In this document: piece after piece, positions 63,093 through 64,000 of the stretch | Layout of the letters: every line of letters starts with the position of its first letter | How positions within the stretch are numbered: the stretch's first letter is position 1 | Assembly (NCBI RefSeq): GCF_018350175.1 | Contig: NC_058368.1 | Location: forward strand, 113,152,001-113,216,000 | Length of the DNA: 64,000 bases | From: Felis catus | Taxonomy: Eukaryota | Direction of reading: 5' to 3' | Program-made: the position numbers and the translations under genes | Notes under the pieces: generated by a model | Database searches by the model: none | The model's input: only the letters and a program-made list of their open reading frames with translations | Told to the model about the DNA's origin: nothing

Positions 63093-63311
63093 TTTTTTAA
63101 TTTTTTTTCAACGTTTATTTATTTTTGGGACAGAGAGAGACAGAGCTTGAACGGGGGAGGGGCAGAGAGAGAGGGAGACACAGAATCGGAAACAGGCTCC
63201 AGGCTCCGAGCCATCAGCCCAGAGCCTGATGCGGGGCTTGAACTCCCGGACCGCGAGATCGTGACCTGGCTGAAGTCGGACGCTTAACCGACTGCGCCAC
63301 CCAGGCGCCCC
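63093..63311 (-). mobile_element. Young feline CanSINE
   Basis: TSD ATAAATTTATATATT at 63078-63092 and 63312-63326. Confidence 0.97.
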
Positions 63312-63499
63312 ATAAATTTATATATTGACTGTTATGTTTATTCTGTTCTTAATGCCATTCCTATATGAGACTTGGGACTTGGAGCTTACTATTCCAATCA
63401 GTTACTTAGTGCAAACCCAAACATCGTAAGTTCATAGATTCCATAGTCTTTCACCTGCCCTCTGTTTTTCCCAAGCACCTTTCTATCCCAGTAGGCTGT

Positions 63500-64000
63500 T
63501 TTACATTTTTTTAACTTAAAGATTGAATACATACAAAAGATTATAACAGAGGTCTAAAATACAAAGAAAAGCAAACTGGATGGTAGACAAACACCAGAGA
63601 GTATCACTGCCCTAAGTCTATGCTCTGATCCCCTGTCCCACTTCTATCATCCTGAGGCAACAACTTTCCTGAATACAGTATTTACCATTTTGTGGCTTCT
63701 GTTCATAATCTTACCACATATGTAGTCATCCTTAACCAAAATATTTCCTTAAGTCTTACCTGTATATGACCGTACATATAATTATATGACTTGCACCAAT
63801 TTCTTTTTCCAACTATAGTTATCTCCTCCTTCTCCTCCTTTTTCTCCTGCTCCTAGAGATTTATTTTTGTTGATATGTGAAGTATACATTTTTCATTTTC
63901 CTGCTGTATAGTCTTTGAGGACATAAATATATCATGATCTACTAATCCAGTCTCCTACCAAAAGAATCTAGATTTTTTATATAGGATTTTTTTACTATTA
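63500..64000 (-). mobile_element. Old L1 (L1ME-like) 3' fragment
   Basis: CCTGAGGCAACAACTTTCCTGAAT, GAGATTTATTTTTGTTGATATGTG...TTCATTTTCCTGCTGTATAGT. Confidence 0.6.

Overview
This is mammalian nuclear DNA from a felid, most likely Felis: there are many near-identical feline CanSINE (SINEC_Fc-type) copies and feline/carnivore L1 3' ends. I can support no protein-coding exon, RNA gene, CpG island or CRISPR-like array. The ORF track is explained by transposon remnants, microsatellites or chance. The window is intronic or intergenic and contains: the 5' half of a carnivore L1 (1-4839, minus) with a 282-bp internal tandem duplication; 18 CanSINEs; several solo ERV LTRs; a decayed, 3'-truncated ERV1 (gamma-like) provirus on the minus strand (about 55700-61164) with recognisable gag, pro, RT and RNase H remnants and three nested insertions; old DNA transposons (MER82, Charlie4a, Charlie1, MER5, MER91); L2, MIR and MaLR fragments; and several repeat-poor, homeobox-motif-rich blocks that look like enhancers. 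The most notable observations are a young 308-bp solo LTR with intact promoter architecture inside a felid L1 3' end, a tailless SINE that still has a perfect target-site duplication (TSD), the nested ERV, a strong minus-strand bias of retroelements hinting at a plus-strand host transcript, and a perfect 13-bp hairpin flanked by E-boxes. I found no convincing evidence of a new biological system. Repeat family names come from my memory of consensus sequences and need RepeatMasker/Dfam confirmation. Boundaries of old repeats are approximate.
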